DNA from: Candidatus Latescibacterota bacterium
GTDB taxonomy: Bacteria; Latescibacterota; UBA2968; GCA-2709665
DNA length: 64,000 nucleotides
Assembly (NCBI GenBank): GCA_965203805.1
Contig: OZ241917.1
Coordinates: 320,001 to 384,000, forward strand
Direction: 5' to 3'
Positions 31,099 to 40,333 of the stretch are shown here, piece after piece. Positions within the stretch are counted from its first letter, which is position 1; every line of letters starts with the position of its first letter. The notes below the pieces were generated by a model. That model was not told the origin of the DNA, did no database searches, and was given only the letters and a program-made list of their open reading frames with translations. Position numbers and translations under genes: made by a program.

Positions 31099-31138
31099 AA
31101 CCGGGCGGAGATGAGAAACGGTCTCCGCCCGGTTTTTT
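31099..31138 (+). terminator. Intrinsic terminator after the sigma factor gene
   Basis: AACCGGGCGGAGA...TCTCCGCCCGGTTTTTT. Confidence 0.85.
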
Positions 31139-31276
31139 GCGTTCTTCAACCGCTGGCGGGTACCGGTATCGATTCATGTAATCCGGGATGAACCGGCTGT
31201 TTTCCCGCACACCGTGATGATTGGACGGATGTCTCGGTGAGCGCACCGTATTCTTTTTGCCGCGGCATCGGCGCAC

Positions 31277-31306
31277 TTGACAAATTCCCACAATCGGGCC
31301 TATATT
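31277..31306 (+). promoter_or_regulatory. Putative sigma70 promoter for HU
   Basis: TTGACA-18 nt-TATATT. Confidence 0.65.
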
Positions 31307-31338
31307 CAGGGCAAAGTCCAGAAAGGGGGTGAATTGCC

Positions 31339-31614
31339 ATGTCGAACAGGGCCGATCTAGTTGATGCGATTGCAGATCAGGCCGGTCTCTCAAAAAGGAA
31401 TGCGGAATCCGCACTGCGTGTCGTTCTGAACGAAATCGCCGATTCGCTCAAAAACGGTGATCGCGTCGCCATTTCCGGGTTCGGGACGTTTTCCGTCGGA
31501 ACCAGAGCCGCACGCACCGGTCGAAATCCTCAGACGGGTGAGACGATTCAGATTTCCGCGGGAAAGACCGTTCGTTTCAAAGCTGGAAAAGCACTTAAGG
31601 ACGCCGTGAACTAA
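31339..31614 (+). CDS. hup: HU family DNA-binding protein
   Basis: GFGTF, RAARTGRNPQTGETIQI and FKAGKALKDAVN. Confidence 0.95.
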   Translation: MSNRADLVDAIADQAGLSKRNAESALRVVLNEIADSLKNGDRVAISGFGTFSVGTRAARTGRNPQTGETIQISAGKTVRFKAGKALKDAVN

Positions 31615-31641
31615 CCCATGTTTCTTAAATTCTGTCCATGG

Positions 31642-31676
31642 AGCCTCGAGAGCAACACTCGATCGAGGCTTTTTTT
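31642..31676 (+). terminator. Intrinsic terminator after HU
   Basis: AGCCTCGA...TCGAGGCT followed by a T run. Confidence 0.8.
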
Positions 31677-31677
31677 C

Positions 31678-31706
31678 TTGACAGGGCGGATTCCCCGAAA
31701 TATACT
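31678..31706 (+). promoter_or_regulatory. Sigma70 promoter for the downstream lipoprotein gene
   Basis: TTGACA-17 nt-TATACT immediately after the HU terminator. Confidence 0.75.
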
Positions 31707-31776
31707 GTTCCGCGTGTTACAGGATGGCGGATCAGGCAACGCCGGTATGTTCCCGGCGGTCCTTACGGAGACAGGA

Positions 31777-32295
31777 ATGAATCGCCGATTGATGTTCGTG
31801 ATTTTAACGCTGAGTGCGGGGCTGGCTCTGGGCTGCAGCGACCGCCTGGCTCAGATGCAGGAGCAACTTGCCGGCACGTGGGAGCTGGAGTCCCGAATGC
31901 TGCCGGATGGGACGGTGCTTGGAAAGCCCGACGTTTCGGGCGTGTTCTCGTGGCAGCCGATCGATTCGCGAAAAGCCCACGTCACCCTGAACCTGCTTGT
32001 GGACGCGGCCGGCGACAACCCCAGGACATTCGATTTCTCAGCGAGCAAATATGAGATTTCGACGTCCGCGATTACGCGTTCGCGGTATCTGCTCATGCGG
32101 CAGGGTTACCGTTCGTCATCCGAATCGCCGATCACGATATACCATAAGGCCAAAGTCGAAAAGGGCAAGATTACGCTGGAAGACGGGCTGATTCGCATCT
32201 CGCACGAGCGAGGGTACAGCGAGGAATTCGGGGGCGATCGGATGGTCGCGTCGTTTCCCGGTGTATTTGTGGATACCTGGAAGCGGGTGCGGTAG
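31777..32295 (+). CDS. Putative lipoprotein (lipocalin-like beta-barrel?)
   Basis: Signal MNRRLMFVILTLSAGLALG-C (lipobox); LAGTWELES and DTWKRV resemble lipocalin-like domain termini. Confidence 0.6.
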   Translation: MNRRLMFVILTLSAGLALGCSDRLAQMQEQLAGTWELESRMLPDGTVLGKPDVSGVFSWQPIDSRKAHVTLNLLVDAAGDNPRTFDFSASKYEISTSAITRSRYLLMRQGYRSSSESPITIYHKAKVEKGKITLEDGLIRISHERGYSEEFGGDRMVASFPGVFVDTWKRVR

Positions 32296-32361
32296 GGTGG
32301 GTGGCGGCACGGCGGGCAACCCCGGGCAGCCGCGGTTCGCAGTGACGACGTGACAAACGAC

Positions 32362-32480
32362 AGTCTCGGAGCGTCCTGAATTCCCGCTGGACGCGCTGGT
32401 TTTCCGAAGAACGAACGTCGTCTGAATTGCAGCAGAACGGGAAATGAATCAGGCCGGACAATTCTCCGAGCCTTTTTTTT
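32362..32480 (+). ncRNA. Unassigned structured RNA / long leader hairpin
   Basis: Nested complementarity CTCGGAG/CTCCGAG, CCTGA/TCAGG, TTCCCG/CGGGAA, GACG/CGTC, followed by T8; family not recognised. Confidence 0.4.
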
Positions 32481-32563
32481 ATCTATTACACCCATTCGGA
32501 CCGCCCGTGGGACGGCCTGGCGGACGTACCACAGGCGATGGCGAAGCCGCAAGGAGATTGGTT

Positions 32564-33985
32564 ATGGCGGGGTTCTTTGAGCCACTGAAAGGCTTCGAAG
32601 TCAGAAAGATGCCGGCACGAAAACCGTCTTTCTGGAAACTGGCCGGTCCTGGCGCCATTCTGGTGGGGCTTTCCATTGGTGCGGGCGAGATCGTCATCTG
32701 GCCGCGCATCGTCGCGGAATACGGGGCGAGCATGGTGTGGGCGGCCTGTCTCGGCATCTTTTTGCAGCTCTGGATCAACTTTGAAGTGGGGAGATGGACC
32801 GTTGCCACGGGCGAAACGGTATATACGGGGTACAGCAGGGTGTGGCGCGGATTCGCTCCCGTATTTATTCTGTTGACGATATTCAGCTGGATCGCGCCTG
32901 GTTGGGGCCGCGCGTCGGGGTTGGCCCTGAAAGCGCTGCTGGTGGGGCCGCACGGATGGGGTTCGGATACATTCTGGACGATCATCACCTTTGCGGGAGT
33001 GGCCCTGATTCTGTTCGGTCCGAAGCTCATCTACCAGTCCGTCGAGCGTAGCATCGAACTGCTCGTGGTGGTTGTGACAGTCGGTCTGATTGTGGTCGCG
33101 TACGCGGTTGGGTCGGCGGAGACCTGGACCTCGCTGGGGAGGGGTGTTGTCAATGTCGGCTACATCGATCCGGGCATGAGCGTCAAGGCGATGTTCATCG
33201 CCCTGGTATTTGCGGGCGCCGGCGGCACGGCCAATCTCTTCTATACATTCTACCTGCGGGACAAGCATATCGGGATGGGAGCGCATTTGCCCGAAATGCG
33301 GAACCCGCTCCGGGGGCGGACCGAGGCGGTGCCCTCCACCGGGTTCCGGTTTGAGGAGACCGACGAGAATATCGGTCATTTCAGACACTGGTTCGACTAT
33401 GTGAAGAAAGACCAGATGCTGTTCTTCTGGGCCCTGAATTCCGTAACCATCCTGCTGTTTATCTTTGGCGCGCTCGCAGTCCTGCATCCGAACGGGATCG
33501 TCCCGGCCGGGGGCACGCTGATCTGGGACGAGGCCGAGGTCCTGGCAACGGTGTGGGGCGAGACGGGGAGATATGTCTTTCTGGTGGTGGGACTGGCCAC
33601 CCTGTTCAGCACACAGCTTGCGCTCGTCGACGGGGTGTCGCGGTCCATTGCCGACATGGTGTACACCAATTTCAGAGGTGCGAGGAAGCGGGAATTGAGC
33701 TGGTGGTACCTGGTCGTGGCGGCGACGTGGATTGTGGCCGGCTGCGTCATTACCTATGTGATGGAAGCCCGCGGGGTGAGCGAACTGGGATTCCTGTTCA
33801 ACGCCGCCTATATTGGCGGTTTCGCGATGGCGATTTATACCCCCCTCACGCTCTTCATCAACCATCGCCACCTGCCGGCGGCGGCCCGGCCCGGATGGGT
33901 GTGCACCCTCATGATGGGAATTGCATCGCTCGTGTACATTGTATTCGCCGTGGCTTGCCTGCTCTGGGAATTCGGGTGGATATGA
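32564..33985 (+). CDS. Nramp-related (YcsG-like) secondary transporter
   Basis: About 11 hydrophobic segments; GPGAILVGLSIGAGE N-terminal motif; lacks canonical DPGN metal motif; AAGGAG RBS. Confidence 0.75.
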   Translation: MAGFFEPLKGFEVRKMPARKPSFWKLAGPGAILVGLSIGAGEIVIWPRIVAEYGASMVWAACLGIFLQLWINFEVGRWTVATGETVYTGYSRVWRGFAPVFILLTIFSWIAPGWGRASGLALKALLVGPHGWGSDTFWTIITFAGVALILFGPKLIYQSVERSIELLVVVVTVGLIVVAYAVGSAETWTSLGRGVVNVGYIDPGMSVKAMFIALVFAGAGGTANLFYTFYLRDKHIGMGAHLPEMRNPLRGRTEAVPSTGFRFEETDENIGHFRHWFDYVKKDQMLFFWALNSVTILLFIFGALAVLHPNGIVPAGGTLIWDEAEVLATVWGETGRYVFLVVGLATLFSTQLALVDGVSRSIADMVYTNFRGARKRELSWWYLVVAATWIVAGCVITYVMEARGVSELGFLFNAAYIGGFAMAIYTPLTLFINHRHLPAAARPGWVCTLMMGIASLVYIVFAVACLLWEFGWI

Positions 33986-34015
33986 GTGTGATCCGAGTGT
34001 CGGGAGTCCGAGAGA

Positions 34016-35080
34016 ATGTCGTCCCACGGCGCAATCTTCCGCGTGGCGCTGACCGCCGATTTCTACGATGCTGACGGAACGTGCAAATTTACCGATATGG
34101 GCCTTTCCGTATTCGACGACCATGCCCATATCCGGACGTCGGTATTTCGCGGACATCGGCCGGAGATCGGTCCTGATCAGGTAGAAAACGTCCAGGGTGT
34201 CGTCGTACTAACGCCGGCCGTTACCGCGGCGACGGTTTCGACATCGGAAAACCTGCTGGCCATCGGCCGTTTCGGCGTGGGGTACGACTCGGTCGACGTG
34301 GCGGCATGTACGGAGGCCGACGTGGCCGTACTCATCACGGCCGGTGCGGTAGACCGGTCGGTGGCGGAGGCAACCGTGGGCTGGATGATCGCGCTCACCC
34401 ACCACATGCGCGTCAAGGACCGGCTGGTGCGTACCGGCGGGTGGGATGAACGAACGCGATATATGGGAAGTGAATTGCGTGACCGCACGTTCGGCGCAGT
34501 GGGGCTGGGCGGGATCGCACGGGAGACGGTGCGGTTGCTGGGGACGTTCGGAATGGGTCCGCCTCTCGCATTCGATCCGTACGTCGATCCGCGGGAGGCG
34601 CGGAAGCTGGGCGTGACCCTGGTGTCGCTCCCGGATCTGTTGTCCGCTTCCGATTTTGTGTCCATCCACTGTCCGTTGACCGACGAGACGGAGGGCCTGA
34701 TCGGCGCGCGGGAGCTGTCCCTGATGAAACGCAACGCCTATCTGATCAATACCGCGAGGGGCGGGATCGTGGATGAGGACGCACTGTTCGACGCCCTGGA
34801 AGCGGGCGCGATCGCGGGCGCGGCGCTGGACTGTTTCGCGGTGGAACCGGTTGTGAAGCCGCAACGGTTGGGCGGATTCGATAACGTTCTGCTTGCGCCG
34901 CATTCGGTTGCGTGGACGGATGAGTTGTTCCGCGACATCGGACGAGCGGTCTGCCGGAGTATGGTGGCGCTGTCTCTCGGAACGAAACCACCCGGCGTTG
35001 TGAATCCCGACGTCTTCCGCCGCCGCGGATTTCAGGAGAAGTGGTCCCGGCTGCGTTGGAGACAAGCCGCCGGCGCGTAA
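34016..35080 (+). CDS. D-isomer-specific 2-hydroxyacid dehydrogenase
   Basis: GVGYD, GLGGIA, SIHCPL, INTARGGIVDE and LAPH motifs. Confidence 0.9.
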   Translation: MSSHGAIFRVALTADFYDADGTCKFTDMGLSVFDDHAHIRTSVFRGHRPEIGPDQVENVQGVVVLTPAVTAATVSTSENLLAIGRFGVGYDSVDVAACTEADVAVLITAGAVDRSVAEATVGWMIALTHHMRVKDRLVRTGGWDERTRYMGSELRDRTFGAVGLGGIARETVRLLGTFGMGPPLAFDPYVDPREARKLGVTLVSLPDLLSASDFVSIHCPLTDETEGLIGARELSLMKRNAYLINTARGGIVDEDALFDALEAGAIAGAALDCFAVEPVVKPQRLGGFDNVLLAPHSVAWTDELFRDIGRAVCRSMVALSLGTKPPGVVNPDVFRRRGFQEKWSRLRWRQAAGA

Positions 35081-35143
35081 GCGGTCATTACCGCCGGTTA
35101 CCTGCTCATTCGAGCCGCATTCACCCGAATAAGGGGACGGACT

Positions 35144-36616
35144 GTGTCTGAGGTCATTCGAATTCACCCCGATAACAGAAAGATCTTCGACTATCGCGGA
35201 CGCGCGCTGGTGCTGGTCTGCGCGACCGAGCACTACGGGGCCGTGATGAACAGGCCGTTCCGGTTCGAACGCTATCTGCAGGACGCCGCTGCACGTGGGC
35301 AGACGCTCACACGGTTGTTCACCCTGTTCAGAGAATTGCAGACGCCCGTGAATCCGTACTCGACCTGCAAGCCGGAATCGCCGGACTATATTGCGCCGTT
35401 CGAAAGGACGGGGCCCGGAAACGCTCGGGACGGACAGCCGCGGTACGATCTGACGCGCCGGAACGCCGAGTTTTTCGATCGGCTGCATTCGTTCCTGTCT
35501 CTTGCGGAGTCGTATGGGATCATCGTGGAGGTTGTGCTCTTCAGCAACACGTACAAGGACGAGGTCTGGGCGCTCAATCCGCTGAATCCCGCCAACAATA
35601 TAACCATGGAGCCGCCGGATCATCCGGTGCCCTGGCAGGAGTATATGACGTGCCGGCGCAAGGACCTGCTGGACTGGCAGCGCGCGCACGTACGCCGTAT
35701 CGTCACGGAGACCAACCGGTACGGGAACGTGATCTACGAGATCTGCAACGAACCGTGTCATTTCCCCGGTCCTGACGATCTGCCCGGATCCGAAGAGGTG
35801 AATGGCTGGCAGGCGCAGTTCATCGAACAGATTCGTGAACTGGAAAGCGGGATGCCGAAGCAGCACCTGATTGCGGGACAGGAAGCGATGACGATCAGGC
35901 CGTTCGATCAGCCTTCCGACGGATCGTTCCGCGCCATGGATTTCGACGTGGTGAATATACACCCGCTGCCCAATACCCTGTGCGACGGTCGAAGTTACGA
36001 TCTTGGCGACTTCATGTCCAAGCAGCTCAAGCTTAGGCCGTTGCGTGATTTTTCCCTCGCAGCCTACGAACGGTCGAAACCGCTGAATCACGATGAGGAC
36101 AACATCGCAACCCAGTACAAGGAAGTCGAGGGATGGACGGTCCATCGCAAGCGGGCCTGGACCTCGCTGTTTTCAGGGGCCCATTACGATATGATCGACT
36201 TTTCCATCCTGCCGTATCTCGAGGCGGGAACGCCCGAGTCACGAAACGGGATTCGAAGGTGGATGGGCAACCTGTCCGGATTTATCCACTCGATCGATCT
36301 TGTGAGGGCGCGCCCGTTGATGCCGGGATGGCTGAGGGAACGGCCCGACCACACGCTTGAATCGGTATTCGCGGTTGCAGGCGAGGACTACTGCATCTAC
36401 CTGGCCGACGACCGCGAGCGCGAGGAAGCCGGATGCGGCGATCCGATTGAGGGACGGCTTTGCATTGACCTGCCGCCAGGCGCGTTTGAAATGTGCTGTT
36501 TTTCGCCGGTAGACGGCGTCTATTCTCCCGGTGTGCCAATCGACGGAGGCTTGCGCCGGCTGGTTGTGCCGCCGTTTCGGCACGATATTGTCGTTCGCGT
36601 GACGAAAGTGGAGTAA
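35144..36616 (+). CDS. Clan GH-A (GH5/DUF4038-like) glycoside hydrolase-like protein
   Basis: YEICNEP (acid/base Glu), VNIHP, KPLNHDE (nucleophile region); C-terminal beta domain. Confidence 0.65.
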   Translation: MSEVIRIHPDNRKIFDYRGRALVLVCATEHYGAVMNRPFRFERYLQDAAARGQTLTRLFTLFRELQTPVNPYSTCKPESPDYIAPFERTGPGNARDGQPRYDLTRRNAEFFDRLHSFLSLAESYGIIVEVVLFSNTYKDEVWALNPLNPANNITMEPPDHPVPWQEYMTCRRKDLLDWQRAHVRRIVTETNRYGNVIYEICNEPCHFPGPDDLPGSEEVNGWQAQFIEQIRELESGMPKQHLIAGQEAMTIRPFDQPSDGSFRAMDFDVVNIHPLPNTLCDGRSYDLGDFMSKQLKLRPLRDFSLAAYERSKPLNHDEDNIATQYKEVEGWTVHRKRAWTSLFSGAHYDMIDFSILPYLEAGTPESRNGIRRWMGNLSGFIHSIDLVRARPLMPGWLRERPDHTLESVFAVAGEDYCIYLADDREREEAGCGDPIEGRLCIDLPPGAFEMCCFSPVDGVYSPGVPIDGGLRRLVVPPFRHDIVVRVTKVE

Positions 36617-36619
36617 CGG

Positions 36620-37007
36620 ATGGGACGCATGGACGGACAGGTCGCCTGGGTGAGCGGGGGCGCTTCCGGAATGGGAGAGGCCACGGCCGAACTGTTCGCT
36701 TCCGAAGGCGCCGGCGTCGCCGTTGTCGACATCCAGGAGGAGCGTGGCCGCTCGGTGGCGCATCGTATCAGGAAACGGGGCGGTGAGGCGATCTTTCTGG
36801 GGTGCGACGTTGCGCAGGAAGAGCAGGTGCGGGAGTCCATCGAGGCGACGGTGGCGAATTTCGACGGCCTGCAGACAATTGTCAACTGTGCAGGAATCGT
36901 GCATGTCGCGTGCCTGCACACGTATTCCGGGAGGGACTGGGACCGTTTGATGGGGGTCAATCTCAAGTCCGTTTTCTTTTCGGTCAAGTACGGTATTCCG
37001 CACTTAC
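36620..37007 (+). pseudogene. SDR oxidoreductase, 5' part (interrupted by IS1380)
   Basis: SGGASGMG, CDV, VNCAG and VNL motifs, ending at ...GIPHL where the IS begins. Confidence 0.9.
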
Positions 37008-38688
37008 CCCCAATTATTCACAAAAAAGGTAGTTTCCATACCCAAGTCATTGTATTATATTGTGGTTACGCAAATAACCATAACACAATGAAACAGGAGG
37101 AAACTACCGTGGAAGTTCAAGATAAACAAGCCGCACTTCCTTTCGCAAGTATTTCTGGCAAGCAGGTAGAAGCGGTCTTCGATGGCGGTGTGCTCACCAG
37201 CGATATGGGTTTGATGCTGCTTCGAGAGGTGGAGTCCAAAAACGGCATCCTGTCTCGGATCGTCGAGGCGTTGCCGGACCGTCGGCATCCCAGTTACGTG
37301 GATCACCCGATGGCGGATCTGATCAGCCAGCGTGTCTTTCAGATCGCGTGCGCGTATGAGGATGCGAACGATTGCAATTTGCTGCGCTTTGACCCTGCGT
37401 TCAAGGCGGCCTGTGATCGGTTGCCGATATCAGGGGCGCCGTTGGCCAGCCAACCCACGATGAGTCGATTGGAAAACGGCATTCGTCGCCGGGACTTATA
37501 TCGCATTGCCGAGGCCCTTGTGGACGGATTCATCGCGTCCTACGATAGGCCTCCCGAAGGGGTCGTTCTGGATATCGATGACACCGATGACGAGGTTCAC
37601 GGCAAGCAACAGTTGTCGTTTTTCAATGGCTATTACAATGAACGCTGTTATTGTCCCTTGCACATTTATGAAGGCCGGACAGGAAGACTGATCACGACGC
37701 TTTTGCGTCCGGGCGCCCGTCCTACCGGCAAACAGATTGTCAGCATTCTCAAGCGACTGGTGAAAATGCTTCGTGAGGCGTGGCCGGACGTGGGTATCTA
37801 TTTACGTGGCGATGGCCATTTTTCCTGTCCTGAGGTCCACGACTTTTGCGACGAGCAAGCGGTGTATTTTACGCTGGGACAGACGGGCAATGCCAGGCTT
37901 GCACAACGGGGACACGCGTTGATCGAGCAGGCAAAGGCCCGGTATCGGGAAACCGGACAGCCCGTGCAGTTATTTGCCAGTTTCGATTACCAGGCAACGA
38001 CTTGGGCCGTGCCAAGACGCATCATCTACAAAGCTGAAATCACCGCCTCGGGGCAAGCCAATACACGCTTTGTCGTCACCAACCTGAAAAGTAGCCAGCC
38101 CTCATTCATCTACAAAACCGTCTATTGTGCGCGCGGCAGGATGGAAAACTTCATCAAGAATCACAAAACCTTTCTCCATTCCGATCGCACCTCCTGCCAC
38201 ACCTTCGAAGCCAATCACTTCCGTCTCCTGCTGCATAGTGCCGCTTATGTCTTGATGCACACCCTTACCGAAAAAGGACTCCGGACCACCCAATGGACGC
38301 ACGCCCAGTTTAATACCATTCAGAATCGCATCCTCAAAGTCGCAGGGAGCGTGTCCGAACTCAAAACCAAAATCAAACTCCATTTGCCAACCTCATTTCC
38401 CTTGAAACACCTCTATGACACCATCCTCTGTAATTTGGCAATGGCAGTTCCATAACGCCGCTTCACGCAGGTCCCGCCATCCCTTGATCATAGCCGCCAG
38501 GTAAGACCAAGGCATCCGTCCGTCCTCTCAAACCACAAATTCACGAACTCGACACCCCTTGATGCTGACGGCCCAACCAAAATCACTCATCAACCCGCCA
38601 ACAACACCTCATTCTATTGTTTTCTCTTCTACAGAACACTTCCTACTTCCAAAAATACTGTTCCGGTCAATTTCATGAATAGGTCGGG
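37008..38688 (+). mobile_element. IS1380-family insertion sequence (~1.68 kb)
   Basis: Imperfect terminal IRs CCCCAATTATTCACAAAA / CCCGACCTATTCATGAAA (revcomp); TTAC duplicated at 37004-37007 and 38689-38692; lower GC than the flanks. Confidence 0.9.
37109..38455 (+). CDS. IS1380-family DDE transposase
   Basis: FDGGVLTSDMG, YEDANDC, LASQPTMSRLEN, LDIDDTDD, RGDGHF, YCARGRMENFIK; GTG after AGGAGG (alternative ATG at 37088). Confidence 0.92.
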   Translation: MEVQDKQAALPFASISGKQVEAVFDGGVLTSDMGLMLLREVESKNGILSRIVEALPDRRHPSYVDHPMADLISQRVFQIACAYEDANDCNLLRFDPAFKAACDRLPISGAPLASQPTMSRLENGIRRRDLYRIAEALVDGFIASYDRPPEGVVLDIDDTDDEVHGKQQLSFFNGYYNERCYCPLHIYEGRTGRLITTLLRPGARPTGKQIVSILKRLVKMLREAWPDVGIYLRGDGHFSCPEVHDFCDEQAVYFTLGQTGNARLAQRGHALIEQAKARYRETGQPVQLFASFDYQATTWAVPRRIIYKAEITASGQANTRFVVTNLKSSQPSFIYKTVYCARGRMENFIKNHKTFLHSDRTSCHTFEANHFRLLLHSAAYVLMHTLTEKGLRTTQWTHAQFNTIQNRILKVAGSVSELKTKIKLHLPTSFPLKHLYDTILCNLAMAVP

Positions 38689-39114
38689 TTACGGAAGCAT
38701 CGGCGAAGTTATATGGTGAATATCGGATCGGTCGGCAGCTTTATCGGTCAGGCGAATACGCCCGCCTACACCACGTCCAAGCACGCGGTTCTGGGATTGA
38801 GCCGGTCGATCGCGCTGGACTACGCCAGAGACGGGCTGCGCTGCAACTGCATCTGTCCCGGCATTACGGACACGCCCATGTTACGGTACCATCTGAATAC
38901 CACGCCCGACCCGGAGGCCACGCTGGCGCAGCGCCTGCAGCGCGTCCCGACGGGAGCCGTCATCAGACCCGTGGACGTGGCACGGGCAGCGCTTTACTTC
39001 TGCACGGAGGCGTCCGCCGGAATCACCGGCACGTCACTGGTCGTCGATGGCGGTTACATCGCTGCGGCGGAGTGGGAGACGGCGGGTCCGACACGTTTTG
39101 CGGAGGAACCGTGA
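38689..39114 (+). pseudogene. SDR oxidoreductase, 3' part
   Basis: Removing the IS gives in-frame GIPHL-RKHRRSYMVNIGSV; catalytic YTTSK, CPG and VVDGG motifs. Confidence 0.9.
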
Positions 39115-39116
39115 CC

Positions 39117-39947
39117 ATGAATCTGGCGTGCTCGGATTTTACGTTTCCCCTGCTTCCGCACGACGGGGCGCTTCAACTGGTCTCGATGCTGGGGTTCGAG
39201 GGTGTGGACATCGGTCTCTTCGAGGAGAGGTCTCATCTGTGGCCTTCGCGTGAGTTTCACGACGTGCCGCGCTCCGCCGGCAGACTCAAAAGAAAGCTGG
39301 ACGGTTTCGGACTGAAGCCTGCGGATGTTTTCTTGCAGACGGCGATGGATTTCGTGCCCTACGCCATCAATCATCCGATGGAGGCGCGACGCCGGAAGGC
39401 GCGCGACTGGTTTCTGAAGACACTGGAATACGCCGCCGAGTGCGGTTGCGCGCACGTCACGACGCTTCCGGGTGTGTATAACGAGGGCGAGTCCCGCGCG
39501 GATTCGTTCAGCCGGGCCGTCGATGAATTGAACTGGCGTGTGGCGAAGGCGGGCGAGTACGGCATCGTCTTCGGCGTTGAGGCGCACGTCGGGTCTCTCG
39601 CTCCCCGTCCGAAATCGGCATTGCGGCTGGTACGGGCCGTCCCCGGCCTGACGCTCACGCTGGATTACACGCACTTCACGAAAGCCGGCCTTCCGGATTC
39701 CGACGTGGAGCCCCTCATGGCATATGCCAGCCACTTCCATGCACGCGGCGCACGCAGAGGCAGGATACAGACATCCTTCGATCACAACGTCATTGACTAT
39801 CGGCGGGTTGTGGACGTGATGAAGGCGACCGGATACCCGGGATGGCTGGGCGTCGAGTACGTCTGGATCGACTGGGAGCATTGCAACGAGTGCGACAACG
39901 TCTCGGAGACGATCCGGTTCCGCGATTTTTTCAGGTCTCTGGACTGA
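39117..39947 (+). CDS. Sugar phosphate isomerase/epimerase (xylose isomerase-like TIM barrel)
   Basis: GFEGVDIG, VEAH, TLDYTHF, HFHAR and GVEY metal ligands. Confidence 0.85.
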   Translation: MNLACSDFTFPLLPHDGALQLVSMLGFEGVDIGLFEERSHLWPSREFHDVPRSAGRLKRKLDGFGLKPADVFLQTAMDFVPYAINHPMEARRRKARDWFLKTLEYAAECGCAHVTTLPGVYNEGESRADSFSRAVDELNWRVAKAGEYGIVFGVEAHVGSLAPRPKSALRLVRAVPGLTLTLDYTHFTKAGLPDSDVEPLMAYASHFHARGARRGRIQTSFDHNVIDYRRVVDVMKATGYPGWLGVEYVWIDWEHCNECDNVSETIRFRDFFRSLD

Positions 39948-40029
39948 ATGGCAGTTCGGCGCCAACGGTCCGGCGGCAGAGAACGGCCCGGCCCGGTGTG
40001 AGACTTCCACGACGAACCAGAGTTGCTTT

Positions 40030-40195
40030 TTCATCGAATTCGTGTCGAGCTGCCAAACGCGGGCCTGATAATAGCCTGTGATATTGGCCCCTGACAGTTG
40101 CAATACGGCACGCCCATTCTCATCGGTTGCATTGTACGCTGAGTATTCCGCAACCCATCCAGAAACAGACTGGGCAAGGCATAACCCCCATTCGT
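40030..40195 (-). pseudogene. Possible gene fragment of a secreted-protein domain
   Basis: Minus frame reads LAQSVSGWVAEYSAYNATDENGRAVLQLSGANITGYYQARV, protein-like and AT-rich, with an upstream in-frame stop and no start. Confidence 0.3.
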
Positions 40196-40333
40196 TGGGT
40201 CAGCTTCCAAGGACTACTCCGATAGAATAAATGCCTCTTCAAATACGAGGAAGTCTTGCGCCCCCTGCGTGCCATACCAGTGCACAACAAACGACAATAG
40301 GCCCGTAAATTGTAATCGCGAAGGGAATCGTGT

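Noticed and set aside
32533-32550. GGCGATGG upstream of the transporter resembling a fluoride riboswitch
   Set aside because: The following TTCGCC pairing and TGATG..CTAC elements are missing.
34208-36145. Long antisense ORFs (645 aa here; also 32486-34156, 16298-17863, 48145-49524)
   Set aside because: Shadow ORFs opposite well-supported genes, as expected in high-GC DNA; no recognisable motifs.
36620-38455. 611-aa 'SDR-transposase' as a genuine evolved fusion protein
   Set aside because: Explained by IS1380 insertion with TTAC target duplication; the rest of the SDR lies after the IS.
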